61,755 nt of DNA from Craspedostauros australis (Eukaryota). Under the pieces are notes generated by a model, which saw nothing but the letters and a program-made list of their open reading frames with translations, was not told the DNA's origin and did no database searches. Made by a program: the position numbers and the translations under genes. Each line of letters begins with the position of its first letter. The first letter of the stretch is position 1. The stretch spans positions 1 through 61,755 of the forward strand of contig JALAGF010003956.1 of assembly GCA_030167865.1 (NCBI GenBank), in the 5' to 3' direction. Of the stretch, positions 1 to 12,447 are shown piece by piece.

Positions 1-2806
1 TCCGCCATCTACCCGCTTCTCGATCGATGGGCCAACCTCTACTTTGATACCGATCAACCACAGGACTGCTCCGCCGACATCCGACTGGAGGATGTATCGG
101 GTTCCAATGCAGCTGGATCCATGCTGTGCGGTACTTCATCATCATCTGTGGCGGACGCAGCAGGCATGTCACGGCCATGGACGTCTTCGGAAGCCGTGGT
201 GCTGCCAGATCAGTCCGAGGGTACTCGCGAGTACCTCTACGAATGCAAACGATCAAGTCGGGCTGCTCTGCAGGTACGTATAGTACAAACACCATGCGAA
301 CGCAGGCAAAGCATGTTGACTTGAATGAAAGGTTGATGAAGCGGCGATGTTGCTCTGCCTTGGTGTTCATGAGCGATCGTAGCCGAGTTGGTGATGATGA
401 AACCACCACACTTAAATTCATGCTCACACTTACGCCCACGCCCACATGTTCACACCCACATCACAAACGACCACACAGATCGAAATCGCCAAGGAAGGCA
501 TCGCATTGGCCTATCACAAGTCCAGCCCCATCGCAGAATGCATCCGCAGGAACCTCAAGGATGCACTCACCACAGAACAGATCCGCTGGATCTTCTCCAA
601 CTGGAACGAGAATGAAATCAACAAGAGCGGTCGAGATGACCACGCCGCCCCTGCCTTTCCCGACGATGAACCAGAAGTCAAGAAATGGTCCGAGCTGGAC
701 CCGAGCTGTCCCGACACACCCATCCAGCTCGTCGGACCTCGAAGAGATGACACCAAATCCCAGCTCTTCCGATCCCTCTTCTTCCCAGGCTTCGGCGAAG
801 ATCTGGACAAGGATCGGTATGTTGAGCTGGACGGGAGCCTAGGTGGAGGTGATGCCGTCATCACAACCGCCAGTGCCCCGGTGACAACACAAGACAAGAC
901 CACCCAGCAACTCCAGGAGGAGTACCTCAAGGCGAACGATGGTGCGATCACCTTCTTTGGTATCGGCACCATCTTCTCCGACTTCAACCGCGAGGACATG
1001 ATGATCCTTCATCATCTACCAACCATAGCTGACCCTTCCAGTAGCGTGATCCCATCGATCGCCAGCTTCCAGGATGGCACCTTCCCGTACTCTCGTAATC
1101 TCTACATCAACCTCAATCTCGACAAGAAGATGTACGAAGATGACCATGCCGACAGTCTAACGCGCAAGGAGCACCAGCTTCGATCATTTCTAGATTTCGG
1201 ACTGACTTCTCCTCTCGCGCGCAAGGCGGTGGAAGAGTTTGGGCTGCTCCCGCTGTCAAATAAGCGAATCATCAGCATGACAACACGGATGCAGAGCAAG
1301 TCCGGCATTCCTGTGAAGGACATCCGAGAGTACTGCCGAGGAACCATCGGCCAACCGCGATCGATCGACATGGCCGGTTCCACCACTCTATTCCCGATCG
1401 CCAACACATGGTCCGATGTGTATCGCATCGGCTGTCCGCACGTCAACATCACTGTGGAAGGCGGCGGATCCACGGCGGGCGGGGCGAGGGTGTGCAGCGC
1501 GAACCCAGAGGATAGATCCATCGACGAATCCGTCGCTGTTGATATCAGCGGCATGTCTCGTCCATGGAGAGTCGGCAGGACGGTCAGTAACGCAGGAGGC
1601 GGCCTTTACAGGTGCAGCATCGGGGACGGGAGCCGCAGCGTCATTCAAACCGATGTTGCTGTCGACGGTGTGACCGTCGCGGTGCGAGAAGGTGGCGTTG
1701 CCTGGCGCTGCATCAACGAAGTCCTGGGTGGATTGACGATGGATCAGCTGCGTTGGATCTACTCCAGCTACAGTGACACGGAGTAAGTGATACCACCTGC
1801 GTGCGTGTCTGTCTGTATGTCTGTCTGTGAATTTGAATTTGAATGTGTGTGTATCACGATGCTCCAGCTCTGCCGTAATCATTCCCGCCATGTGCAGACC
1901 ATCTGCCTTCATTCGCTGCTCACGATCGCCCGTCTCTTCCCAATCCATTTATGCGCACGTCGTGCCGAACCGCCAATCCACAATGCCTCACAAACGAAAA
2001 CGACAACGAAAATGATCATCAGACTTGAAGCCACTGGCTGGGACAGCAATACTGCCATTCCGCACTCCGATTGGAGCTCCAACACCCACACATGGTCCGA
2101 GCTGCATCCAGACTGCGAACGAGTGGAGATCCGCATCGCCGGTACAGAGATTGACTCCGGAACCTACGAGCAGTTTCAAAGGCAAGTCCTCACGGATTAC
2201 AGGAATGGGGAGACGTTCGACACGGAAAGACCGGTCTACGGCTACTTCAACTCGCCCGAGTACGATGAGCTTGTCGAGTACTTGCAGGAGCACGGTGAAG
2301 CTATTTCCTATTTTGCGCACGTCTTCTACTTCGCCAACAGCGGTACGCTATCGCCCGTCCCCATCATGAACTCAGAGGGCGTGTACGTGGAACCAACGGA
2401 CAAGACCATCGCCGATGGATCCTACACGCCGTTGTCACGTCGAATCTTCATGAACTTGTACAATGACGCCGAGTCATTGTCCAACACGGCACCCTTCATG
2501 CTGTTCGGAATGAACCATCCCGAGCTGTTGGAGGCCACCGGTTACGTCGGCTTGCCTGACGATGAGCACGAGCTCATGATTGAAAGAGTCGAGAATGCAC
2601 CATACGGCGTGGACGATACCAACCACAACCAGCTATGGGTGATCTTGGGATCTGTCTTCGGCGGTTTGGCATTCGTTGCGTTCGTCCTGTGCTACAGGAG
2701 ACGGTGCCGCAGAAATGCGAGAGCAGCAGCAGCGGAGAAAAAAGGGATTACTTCGGCCTCACAAGAAGGAACCAGGTCAGCCGATGACGGAGAGTTGCCT
2801 TACTAA
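1..2806 (+). CDS. Membrane-anchored protein with at least two tandem periplasmic-binding-protein (PstS-like phosphate-binding) domains; 5' end lies outside the window
   Basis: Exons <1..273, 479..1782, 2023..2806. GT..AG introns 274-478 and 1783-2022 keep the frame (AALQ|IEIAKEG; DT-E|LEATGW). The internal duplication is visible: GMSRPW twice, LTTEQIRWIFS/LTMDQLRWIYS, WSELDPSC/WSELHPDC, DGTFPYSRNLY/DGSYTPLSRRIF. PstS-type motifs AGSTT, GGGSTAG, VAVDG, DSGT. C-terminal hydrophobic helix (LWVILGSVFGGLAFVAFVLCY) is followed by RRRCRR. Confidence 0.85.
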
Positions 2807-3497
2807 TCAATCATGGGGAACGAATAGAGATGAGGGAAAGACACGAAGAAAGGACGATAGAGAGGGAGGCTGTGCCGAATCCGTCGACTGGACCGACCAG
2901 CACATGCGATGTACATGGAAACGAAGGGGACTCGATGTATCAAACCATACCATGCTATGCATAATCGTAGAGTAGTACAATTATCACCATTATTGCGGAG
3001 ATTCCTCTCAGTCAGTTGGAGAAGAGCCAACAGTCGAGTCTTCCTTGCACAGCTCAATCCCGAGCAGAGATCTTGAATGAGCCTCCCCCGTCTAACGTGA
3101 AAGCAAGTCTAGACTGACAAGAGTAGAATCAGGCACAGGAAGAAAGAGCCTTCTGTGTCGTGATGGATTCGTGACCCATCATATCCGACAAAAACACAGA
3201 AACAACCACAACGACAACCACTCACGCAAACCCATCTTCCATCTTCCGTCGCCATCATCGACGCTCACGAGCTTTCGATGGATACTTGACAACGACGGGA
3301 ACGAACTTGGAGCTCTTCGGCGACGCGAAGACATCTGCTGAACACTGGCGTTATTACTGCAATCACAGTCAAGCGGATAAATTGGATGTACAGCAGGACG
3401 TGGAGTCCCTGCAAACAAGACGCCTCTTCAGGGTAGCAGCCACTACGAGCAGCGCCATCACCAACACCATCATCATCAATTCTCTATTGTAAAATAC

Positions 3498-5924
3498 ATG
3501 CAGGTAGGATCCATGGAGAATCTGGTGCCGACCAAGAAGCGCAGAAAGCGGTTTGTCCTCTCGGATACGCTGGATGATATCGCTGATGACGGCGACGAGG
3601 ATGGTGACAACGGCAGAACAATCAAGCGAGTCTACGATGCTGATCCTGCAGAGTTTTGGCAGATCTTGATGCTGAATCACAAACCGCACAGACGACCACT
3701 GCCATCCTCCCAGGTACTTTCCGGTCTGCATACAACGGCGTCGGTATCAGCATCAATATCATCGCCACAGTCAGCGTCAGCGTCAGGATCCAGGGTCTCA
3801 GGTAGCCGTGGGCCTCAAAACGTCAGCAGCACTTCCAGGCCCAGTGGTAAGTTGCCCCCCGTGCTTGCCAACTTCTATGCCGGCATCGATGCGTGGAACA
3901 AGGCACACGGAGCACCCCGTCAGGATGCACAGACTTTGAATGATGGATCAGTGGCTGCCGCAGCTATCAGAAAGACCGGTCACGAGAACAGCAACGATGA
4001 AACCAGCGATGGTCGCAAATCCCATCATGGCAGGCCCGCCGTGAAGGGACCCATGGACGAATCGTCACGTTCGACCCTCTCAATTGGACAGCATCGGCGA
4101 TACCTCCAGCTGTTGCGCCGGAAAAATGGTCACACAGCCCTGCCAGAATCCACCTCATCCCGATTTTCAAGCCTCCGGCAGCAAAGACAGCACGCCCCTG
4201 GTTCTCACATGGAAATGAAGGAATGGAAGAAATTGAAAAGCCTCGTCGCGGCGGAGCAATCGCTCTACTTCGGAGCTGTGGGGTCCTACTTGCAGCATTA
4301 CAAGTATCGCTATTGGGTTGGTTTCTCCAAGGCAGGCATGGCACAGGTACCGTCGGATATTCCATTCCCAACCAGTGTGCATGCGTCGGGATACGTTGCG
4401 CTAGGCATGCAGCAACGCCAACAGATCATGGATCGATGGATATCCAAAGTGAAGGAGTCCAAGTTCCCACAGACGTGGGGTCCATGCAATCAAATGCTGA
4501 CGGTCTCGCCACAATCATCCGTCCTGGATACCGACCAGCTCTCGTTTCGATTGCTTCCACATATGGAGTCCAAGACGCCGCGGCCATGCTGCGTGAAAGA
4601 CGTAGCTGCCTCATTGCAGTCGCTGGTGGATGGCGGCGAAGCGATCGTGCCGCCTCCAATGGCCACGATGACGAAGGCTCCCACCCTCCTCATGGACGAT
4701 GAGGTCGCGAGAGATTTGGCACTCCAAAATAGCGCGAAGCTCATCGCCTCGATCGAAGCGTTGGAATGTCTGCTCCAAGTCGCCGACTGCAACGCGATGA
4801 CATCCTGGATGCTCTCTTTGCGATCCCTGCCACCCAGAAACTCCAAGCCCATGACCAAGTCTCAAAAGATATTGCAATCCCACCTCCGCGTGCTGGATAT
4901 TCCCATTCATCAACCATTTCCCACTCCTCGGGAATGCTTGGAAGATGGATGCAGAGAGGCCATATATCAAAGCCTGTGCAAGCATGAGGATGCTGCTGCT
5001 GCTGCTGCTGATGATGATGATGGTGATGATAGTCCAGCTCCACCAAACACGACAGCAGCAGTTGAACGGCCATGCCAGTATCGCTATTCGTTGTGGGCAT
5101 TGCCTCGCAATACGTTGTCCACTGCCAATCGACGCGGTGGGCAGCATGAGATGAAGATACTCGTTCGATTTCCCGTGCGGTTGGTGCAAGGTGACACGAA
5201 TAGGGATGTTGTGAAGACTGACGAGAATGACAACGATGATGACGATGGTGATAGTGCGGATGATACCACGACGCCAGTGATTTTGCGCTGTCACGTGGAT
5301 TACTTTCCCGAGCAGAGCAAAGAGATTCTCAATACGGACGAGAAAGTGCTATGGATGCTGGACCAGCTGTTGACGGAGCACAAAGGAATCACGAAGCTAT
5401 GCCGCATCAATCCATTCGCCGGCATAGTGACTGCGGTTGAGGATACGAGCATCGCTCACGCATTGGCCGATGATGACGAAACATTGGCACTGCCTCAGAA
5501 TGCCAACAGAGGACCGCAAGGTGTGAAGACGAATCCTCTCATGATCGCGTGGCATGGCGCAATTCAAATCCTCGCTGCTATCCCGACTGTGCCGCAGGGC
5601 GAGCATTTGTTGCAGTATCCATCGAAACAGGGTACGCAGACGAATGGCAAACTCATTTCCATTCATGGTCGTGCACCAACAGCAGCAACAGCTACAGCGG
5701 CAGCGACGGCCAAGAACATCGTGATCGATTTGGGTGAGACGTTGTCATCAAGCAACCTCTGCGCATTTGATGCCGAGAATCCAGCATCCAGCACGTCGAG
5801 CATGGCAATTCAATTGGCTTCCAGGTATTGGCTGTGGTCAAAGGACGAGCAGGTTCCGTACACGTTTCCACCAAACACCCAGCAACAACAGCAACAGCAG
5901 CCGCGATCCCAACTGCATTCGTGA
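3498..5924 (+). CDS. ICE2/NARG2-like protein (NARG2_C-type domain, little elongation complex subunit 2-like)
   Basis: 808-aa ORF with a basic NLS-like KKRRKR. Ordered motifs resemble the ICE2 C-terminal region: DEVARDLALQNSAKLIAS, YRYSLW, ILVRFPV, PVILRCHVDYFPEQSKEILNTDE, LCRINPF, PQGEHLL, terminal QVPYTFPP. Start is uncertain (3498 or 3513; an upstream exon is not excluded). Confidence 0.6.
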   Translation: MQVGSMENLVPTKKRRKRFVLSDTLDDIADDGDEDGDNGRTIKRVYDADPAEFWQILMLNHKPHRRPLPSSQVLSGLHTTASVSASISSPQSASASGSRVSGSRGPQNVSSTSRPSGKLPPVLANFYAGIDAWNKAHGAPRQDAQTLNDGSVAAAAIRKTGHENSNDETSDGRKSHHGRPAVKGPMDESSRSTLSIGQHRRYLQLLRRKNGHTALPESTSSRFSSLRQQRQHAPGSHMEMKEWKKLKSLVAAEQSLYFGAVGSYLQHYKYRYWVGFSKAGMAQVPSDIPFPTSVHASGYVALGMQQRQQIMDRWISKVKESKFPQTWGPCNQMLTVSPQSSVLDTDQLSFRLLPHMESKTPRPCCVKDVAASLQSLVDGGEAIVPPPMATMTKAPTLLMDDEVARDLALQNSAKLIASIEALECLLQVADCNAMTSWMLSLRSLPPRNSKPMTKSQKILQSHLRVLDIPIHQPFPTPRECLEDGCREAIYQSLCKHEDAAAAAADDDDGDDSPAPPNTTAAVERPCQYRYSLWALPRNTLSTANRRGGQHEMKILVRFPVRLVQGDTNRDVVKTDENDNDDDDGDSADDTTTPVILRCHVDYFPEQSKEILNTDEKVLWMLDQLLTEHKGITKLCRINPFAGIVTAVEDTSIAHALADDDETLALPQNANRGPQGVKTNPLMIAWHGAIQILAAIPTVPQGEHLLQYPSKQGTQTNGKLISIHGRAPTAATATAAATAKNIVIDLGETLSSSNLCAFDAENPASSTSSMAIQLASRYWLWSKDEQVPYTFPPNTQQQQQQQPRSQLHS

Positions 5925-6192
5925 AGGGTGTATGGTGGGTTGAATCCTCAAAGGAGATGCATGAAATAGAATCAACAACTCTGTTCGTGTGTAAAGCACT
6001 TGAGTGTGCTTTTCAACGCTACGTGGTACATGCATTCCTGCTCGGTTGTGCCATGTACGTTTGTATTATATTATCTGCACCAGGATGTGTATGTGTGTAT
6101 GGCATTGCATGTTACATGCATTTGCCGTTGGGCAAGTGCGTCTCTATCAGGGGGGAGTATTCTCTGCGTTGCAATCGCTGATTGGATGGTTC

Positions 6193-7332
6193 TCATGGAC
6201 AACAACCGAACATTTTGCACGTGAAGTACTCAACGCTTTTGTCGGTCAAATCTGACATTTGACCTTGCAAGCTTGTTGCAGATGATTTTGTTTTGGAGTT
6301 GCCGTTCCCGTATCTGGATGATGATATTGGTGCAACGCGTGGTGAGAAGGCACCGATGCCTGCACCGCTGGCACCAGGCCGACTGGCCGCAAAGGTCGCT
6401 GTGCGGGGAGGCGTGAGCGATGTGCTGACGGTGGACGCCGTGAAGGACGCGCGAAGTCGTTTGCATTCCTGCCGGATGGCGAACAACCGGAAGCAGGTTT
6501 GAATACGGACGGCGGCACGGGCATTGAGGTACGATTGGCAGCGCGCGAATCGCTGCAACGTCCTGGCGGCCTTGTCTTGTTTGCGAATCTCGGCGAACTG
6601 CTTCATCGCAATCTGCCGGCGTGCTGCGGACTGGATTCGGACTGCTTGAGCCCTCTTGTGCCGGAACGAACCAAGAGGCTTGCTCATGCGGATGAGGCTT
6701 TGAATGTAGACGATGGAATGATGCACAGCCTTGACCTTGTTCTTGGCGAGAACAATCCTGGCCCTGGTCTGCATGATGGTCGCAAAACGTCCAAGGTATG
6801 CCATGCGGAGGAACTCCAAACGATCCTGGATGCCCGCCTTGAAGAAGACCTTCGACTTACCGCAGGCGAACGACTTCTCTCCGAACTGGTCGCAGATGAT
6901 GCGCTGCAATCCTTCCCGCACCACCATCTTGATCTCTGCCTGTTGGAACGCAGAGTCCTGACTGGTGATCGATTTTCGCGTCACCCTTCGGGCGCTGCTG
7001 CCACCACCAACACCACCCAAACGATCCATCAAGAGGAACTGGTACCGATCATACAGAAATTCGTATGTTTGGCGGTTGGGGAATGTCTCCCGTGTCATTT
7101 TGATCGCCGTCATGACACCGGAGCATTCCAGCTGATGCAACACGGACTTGTGGTCCATCTTTCGCGGAGAGTTCACGGAATTCGGTTTGATGCACCGGAT
7201 GTACCGCGTGTGCGTGCTGTCCATCGCCTTCGTCAACTGCCACAATTGCAGTCGGAATTTGTCCAACACAAACTTGTTGCGTTTCTTCCCCACACGTCGG
7301 CGTGGGGATCGGGGCGATCTTGGCTGTTCCTT

Positions 7333-7366
<34 letters not shown>

Positions 7367-10300
7367 CCCTGTTGGTATCGTTGTTGCGGCGACGTTGTCG
7401 ATGCGATTGATGGAGCGAAAAGCGACTTGATGATCTTGTTGTCAATCTGGTGAGCGCACTGGGCCAAGGCCTCTGGCAGCGTATCCATGTTGCGTTCCAC
7501 GAAGCCTTCGGCGTTGTAAATCACAGGACCTGCGAAGTGCATCACGCCGAACTGGCTGCGCTGGTGCAGCTTGCGTTCCACGAACGACGCCGTCTTCCTG
7601 GCATGGAAGGTGTACACCTTGTGGACGAAGGATCCGTCGTTGCGACCCGTGAGGAGGTGGCATTCCTCGCTGAGGAGCGGCAGGACGCCGTTGGGACCAT
7701 CCAGCAGGTGGATGGAATTGGAGTTGTCCACCAGCGCGAAGTCGTACAGATCGATGCCTTCGCTGTCGTACTCCTCCTTGATCCTGGTGAAGTTGTCCAC
7801 GACGTACTTGTGATGCAGCTTCTCGTTGGCAAAGTTGATGCAGAGCTGCTCGAAGCGGTTGACCTCGAAGCGCTCGAATCCGAAGATATCCAGCAGCGAG
7901 ATGGTCCACGTGGACACCAGCTTGCCGATCAGCTTGTTCTCGCCCTCCATCGTGTGCTGGTTGAACCGCTTCACGAGGGAATCGAAGATGCGGTTGTACA
8001 TCTCCTTGGCCAGCGCGTCGCACCATTCCTTCGCGGTCTGCGATTCGACGCCGACCTGCAGGCGTTCCTTCGCCAGTCCCGTCTTGAGCTGCTGCGTCGT
8101 GAGCGTGCGTTCCCATCGTTCGGCGCTGAGGTTGGTGATCGAGGCCAGGACCTTGAGCTCGTCAACGGAAACGATCTTGGCACGGTTGTCGGTCGACACC
8201 TTGGCCGTGACATGACGATAGTGGCGCCTGTTGGGAACGTCGTGATTGGCATCCTGATCTTCGAAGGTCAAGTTGCCGATTTGCAGCAAGATGAGCAAAG
8301 CGCGCATGAGCTCCGCGATCTGATCCTCCTCGTAGCCGAAGCCTTCCAAAGCTCTGCGCGTTTCCTCCCATCGTTTGGCATCGTCTTCGCCGACCGTCGT
8401 CTGCGCGTCGGATGGTTGCTCGCGACTGTGAGAAGACTGCTCGTGTTGTCCCGCAATGAGGTACCGGAAGTTGTCAACGTTGAGCTTGTCGGAGGCCTTG
8501 GGCCACAGCTTGGACCGGAATTCGTCTGACGATGCCAGCAGCTGATAGAAGATGTGGTAGTTGCGTTCGCCGTGCGGATGCGAGACGACGCGGCTCTTCT
8601 CCAGCAGGTACGTGGAACACACGCTGCCCATGAGGGCCGGGACGCCCATCGAGTTGTTCTGGAACTTCAACTGCTGCAGCTTGCCGAATCGCGAGCTGTT
8701 GCTGTTGCGAATCGTGCTGGCATTGCCGAATGCTTCGAAGACGGGCGACGATTCGCAGACTCGAGCGACTGTGTTGGTGGATGTGAGGGTGGATGGTGTC
8801 GTGACCAGCATGACGCCTTGGGACAGATCCAGCTTCTTGGTGTTGCGTTCGAGGACGAGGTTGTGCTTCTTGTGGCCGATCCACGCGAGGTGGTGCAGCA
8901 TGAGCTTGACGGTCTCCGTCTTGCCGGCTCCCGATTCGCCCGTGACGAGGATGGTCTGGTCGGTGCCGTCGTGCTTCATTTCGTTGTAGGCCTGGCACGA
9001 GACTTCGTAGAGGTGCGGTTCGAGACGGATGCCTCCCCACTGGTAGGCATTGCGCAGCGCGGCGCTCTCGTTGCGTCCCTGCTCGGAGTTGTCCCACACG
9101 AGGTAGTCGGTGTACTTGTGTTGGATCTCCTTCGTGTACAACGGTTGCTTCAAGTTCCATTCGTAGGGATTGACGGACATGAGGATGTCCTCGTTGACTC
9201 GCGTGTAGGGTTGTTGGCGGAAGTGACGTTCCTTGAGGTTGTACAGGATGGAGGCTTGGTTGAGGTGCAGCAGGTCCATGAGGTCCTGCTTGTTCGTCGG
9301 TGGTGGTTGCAGATCGCCGTTGGTGTTGCTGTTTGCGCCTGATGCGACCGTTCCACTGGCACTGAGACTGGCACTGACATCCACCGGCGCCGACAGGTCC
9401 ACGTTCTGATGGCGCAAGTCCTGCGGATGCATCCAGCGCAGATTGGCCGGTGTGACGTTGTTGAGCTTGCAGATCATGTCGACCGTCTTCTTCTCAATGT
9501 TTGCCAATGATGCATGTGGCGAGGTGGTTGCTTGCGATGTCTTGTTGGTGTTGTTGCTGCTTCTGATGTGTCCACTACTTCTGCTGTGATTGCTTCCATT
9601 GTTGGCGCTTGTTCTCGAGTGGCCGACACTGGTACGACTGTGGCTACTGCCGTTGTGGCTGCTTCTGCTGTGATTGCTGCCGATGTTGTTGCCGTTCTTG
9701 GACGCGACGTTGGAAAACTTCGTTGGCATCTTGAGCCTGGTTTTGAATCGTTCCGCAGCGGACAGGGTCGGCGACTCTTCGACTGCAGAGATGATGGTCG
9801 AGTCCTCCCAATTGGATGGCATGAGGATGGAAACGAAGACGTTGTCGGTGCCCAGATGCTCGTCGTTGTCGAGGAGGATGTCGCTTGGCTGAATATCGAG
9901 CACACGCGCCGGCATCCAGCCGTATCTCGCATCTGGGCAGTACACGAAGGGCGTGATCTTCAGCATGCTGGCGTCTTCCACAGCGGAGCTGGTGTACTTC
10001 AGTCCCATGTCCTGTTCATCTTCGATCGTGTCGGTTGCATCGTCGGTTGCGTTGTCTACCTGCTCTTCCGCGCACGTGCCGGCGACGATCAGCGATGGGA
10101 AGTCATCTTTGAGTTGCCTGGGCGCCACGTCGCTGTCGAAGGAAAGCGGCGAGACGACGCAGGACGACCGCTCATCCGTCATGGGCGCTGTGTTGGGCGT
10201 TTCGATGGATGCCGATGCTGTGGCGGATGCTGTGGCGGATGCTGTGGACGTCTGCTGAGGCTGTTCCTTGTGCGGCGTCTCCCAACTGCTGACGTTGGCG

Positions 10301-10533
10301 GCGGCGGCGCACTGCACGACATTGCCATCCTCCATCATTGGCATCTTCTTCGCCTGTTCAACGCTCTGCGTGATGGTCTCCATCGTCAACATCTTGTGGT
10401 TGGATCCATCAGAATCTGCTGGTGTTGCTTCTGGTGCAGATTCCAACGGACGTGATGTCATCGGTGGCGACAGATCGCGCGGAGCCTTGGCGGTCATGTT
10501 GGCTTCCACTTCCGCCATGGTCGTCTCTTGCAT
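6193..10533 (-). CDS. Unconventional myosin heavy chain (long N-terminal extension, motor domain, about 5 IQ motifs, short tail)
   Basis: Uninterrupted 1446-aa ORF. P-loop GESGAGKTET, EAFGNA, switch I NSSRFGK, ERNYHIFYQ, switch II LLDIFGFE, FEQLCINFANEKL, YIRCIKPN, KSKVFFK; IQxxxR repeats. Confidence 0.97.
7333..7365 (-). repeat. (CAA)n microsatellite encoding poly-Gln inside the myosin motor domain (loop 2 region)
   Basis: About 11 TTG units on the + strand; translated as a poly-Q run in the myosin ORF. Confidence 0.9.
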
Positions 10534-11808
10534 GTGCTGTACGACCTACAAGCTAGAATAGAGTGCTCTACTCTTCTGGACTATGCCTCGGGTAAGATCG
10601 TCTTGTGTCTTGTGTTGTGTTTCGTTGACTTGGTTTGGAATTGTATGATGTGATGGATGTCGGAATGGTGATCGCAGGAGATGGAACAGGGTGAGTGTTC
10701 AATGGGAGCGTTGGGATGCATGAAGTGCGCGTATGTTCTGCGCCATGCTCATTCCAGTCGAGGGAGCAATTGCAGCTTGTTCTTTACTGTTGTGATTGGC
10801 TTCGCCTTGTGTGTCGTGTTCAAGATAACGCTCGGATTCATGTGCATGACTCATTTCCTCATAGTAATACTGGTTCTTCGTGGCAAAAAATGAGTGACAC
10901 AACCAATCGAACTCAACGGACGCGCTGCTCGAGCATGTGTCACTCCAATATCACGAGAAATTTAGCTGAGCGCCAAGCCAAAATTCGCCGTGTGCAAAAC
11001 CCGACTCAATTAGGCGTGAAAGAGGGGTGATAACGTGCTCGACAGTTTTGGCTATCATATTTTGAGGGGAAACGGATGACCCTGTTCGAGGTGCTGACTG
11101 GTTGAAGATTAAATCGCCACGTACTCTTGTTCTGACGTGTTCAGACGCGACACGACAATTATGGGCAGCAACAACAAAGTCACAGATTGTTTTTCCATCT
11201 CTCACAGCCTCGCGTAAAGCTGCGTTCGTCATCCTGATTTTGTGAGCGCAAGGATTCGCAACAACAATGAAACCAGCGCCACTCATAGAACCAGGACATT
11301 GACGACGATGTCGAGCAGCACCGTCGTTATGTGTCGTAGGCTCCAAGGGGGAAGAGTATACCGAGGTACTTAACGCTCGTGCAAATGCATATGGTCGTGT
11401 TGTTGGTTGATGATGCGATGGATACGAAGTCTTACGCACCACGCAACCAACACAACCAGCGAGGGCATCTTTTATCATTTCCTGACAAATGGCGACGTGG
11501 TGTCCCGACGCTGTCTCGCAAGTTGCGTTGGTGTTGTTGCTTCCCCTCACAAACCAACAACACCATTGATGTCGCCAATCAACAACAGAAGTGCTGCGGA
11601 CCAACGATCGAGAACCAAGAAGCCATCTGCAAAGCGCAGCATCCCCGTTTACAATCACAATCACAACCACATCAGAAAACGCAGCACCAGGGCCAAACTC
11701 ATTCTCCATCGCACAATTCCATTGCACTCGTCGCTGTACGTCAATTCATCGCGCACATCCACCGACAAGCACAAAATCAACCGCAAACGCAATAGCAAAC
11801 GCAAACCG

Positions 11809-12447
11809 ATGAACGATTCCAACACCACGATGAGCATCGCGTTCGATTTCTGCGACGACCGCAGTCGACGCTTGGATTGCAAGGACGATGGGTTCCGCTA
11901 CCCCCGTCGCAATCTGCAAGATGAGAGCTCAGCCATGAATCCTTTGGCGAAGGTTGATTGCACTGCAGCCACAATCCACCAGGAACCTCTGGAATTCGGC
12001 AAGAACGACATTGGCGAGTTGGAAAGCTCCAAGATCTCTCTGCGATATTCGTGGGCACCGCTCACGAACACCAAGAAGCACACGAAGCCGATGTCTCGGC
12101 ACAAATTCGCTTCGCACAGCAAACCTGTGGCATCAAAGATCCCTGCCTTTCGCAAACGAAAGGCCAGCCATCAGGGGCATGTGATCTTCGCACTCACGGA
12201 GGAGCTCATGCATTGTCGTGATGATGATCCATTCAATTCAAATGATATCGATATCAGCAACAGTGACGACGAGGAATGTTTTCATCACGGCCACTGCATC
12301 AAGGAGGAATGCAGTTTGACAGCAATCGCAATGCGCCATGTGTTCACTTCGAAACGGCGCAGCAGCACTGGCATGGTCCGTTCCATGAAGTTTGCTTGTT
12401 TCGGCGAGTTGGACAAGGCCACGTCGACGGCGACAACGCAATCATAG
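11809..12447 (+). CDS. Hypothetical protein (about 212 aa)
   Basis: ATG at 11809 follows a CA-rich leader like those of other genes here; it lies in frame within ORF 11407..12447 and has coding-like composition. No recognisable domain. Confidence 0.45.
   Translation: MNDSNTTMSIAFDFCDDRSRRLDCKDDGFRYPRRNLQDESSAMNPLAKVDCTAATIHQEPLEFGKNDIGELESSKISLRYSWAPLTNTKKHTKPMSRHKFASHSKPVASKIPAFRKRKASHQGHVIFALTEELMHCRDDDPFNSNDIDISNSDDEECFHHGHCIKEECSLTAIAMRHVFTSKRRSSTGMVRSMKFACFGELDKATSTATTQS

Noticed and set aside
3286..3492. Short ORF that might be an upstream exon of the ICE2-like gene
   Set aside because: No clear ATG or convincing donor; cannot be supported without transcripts.
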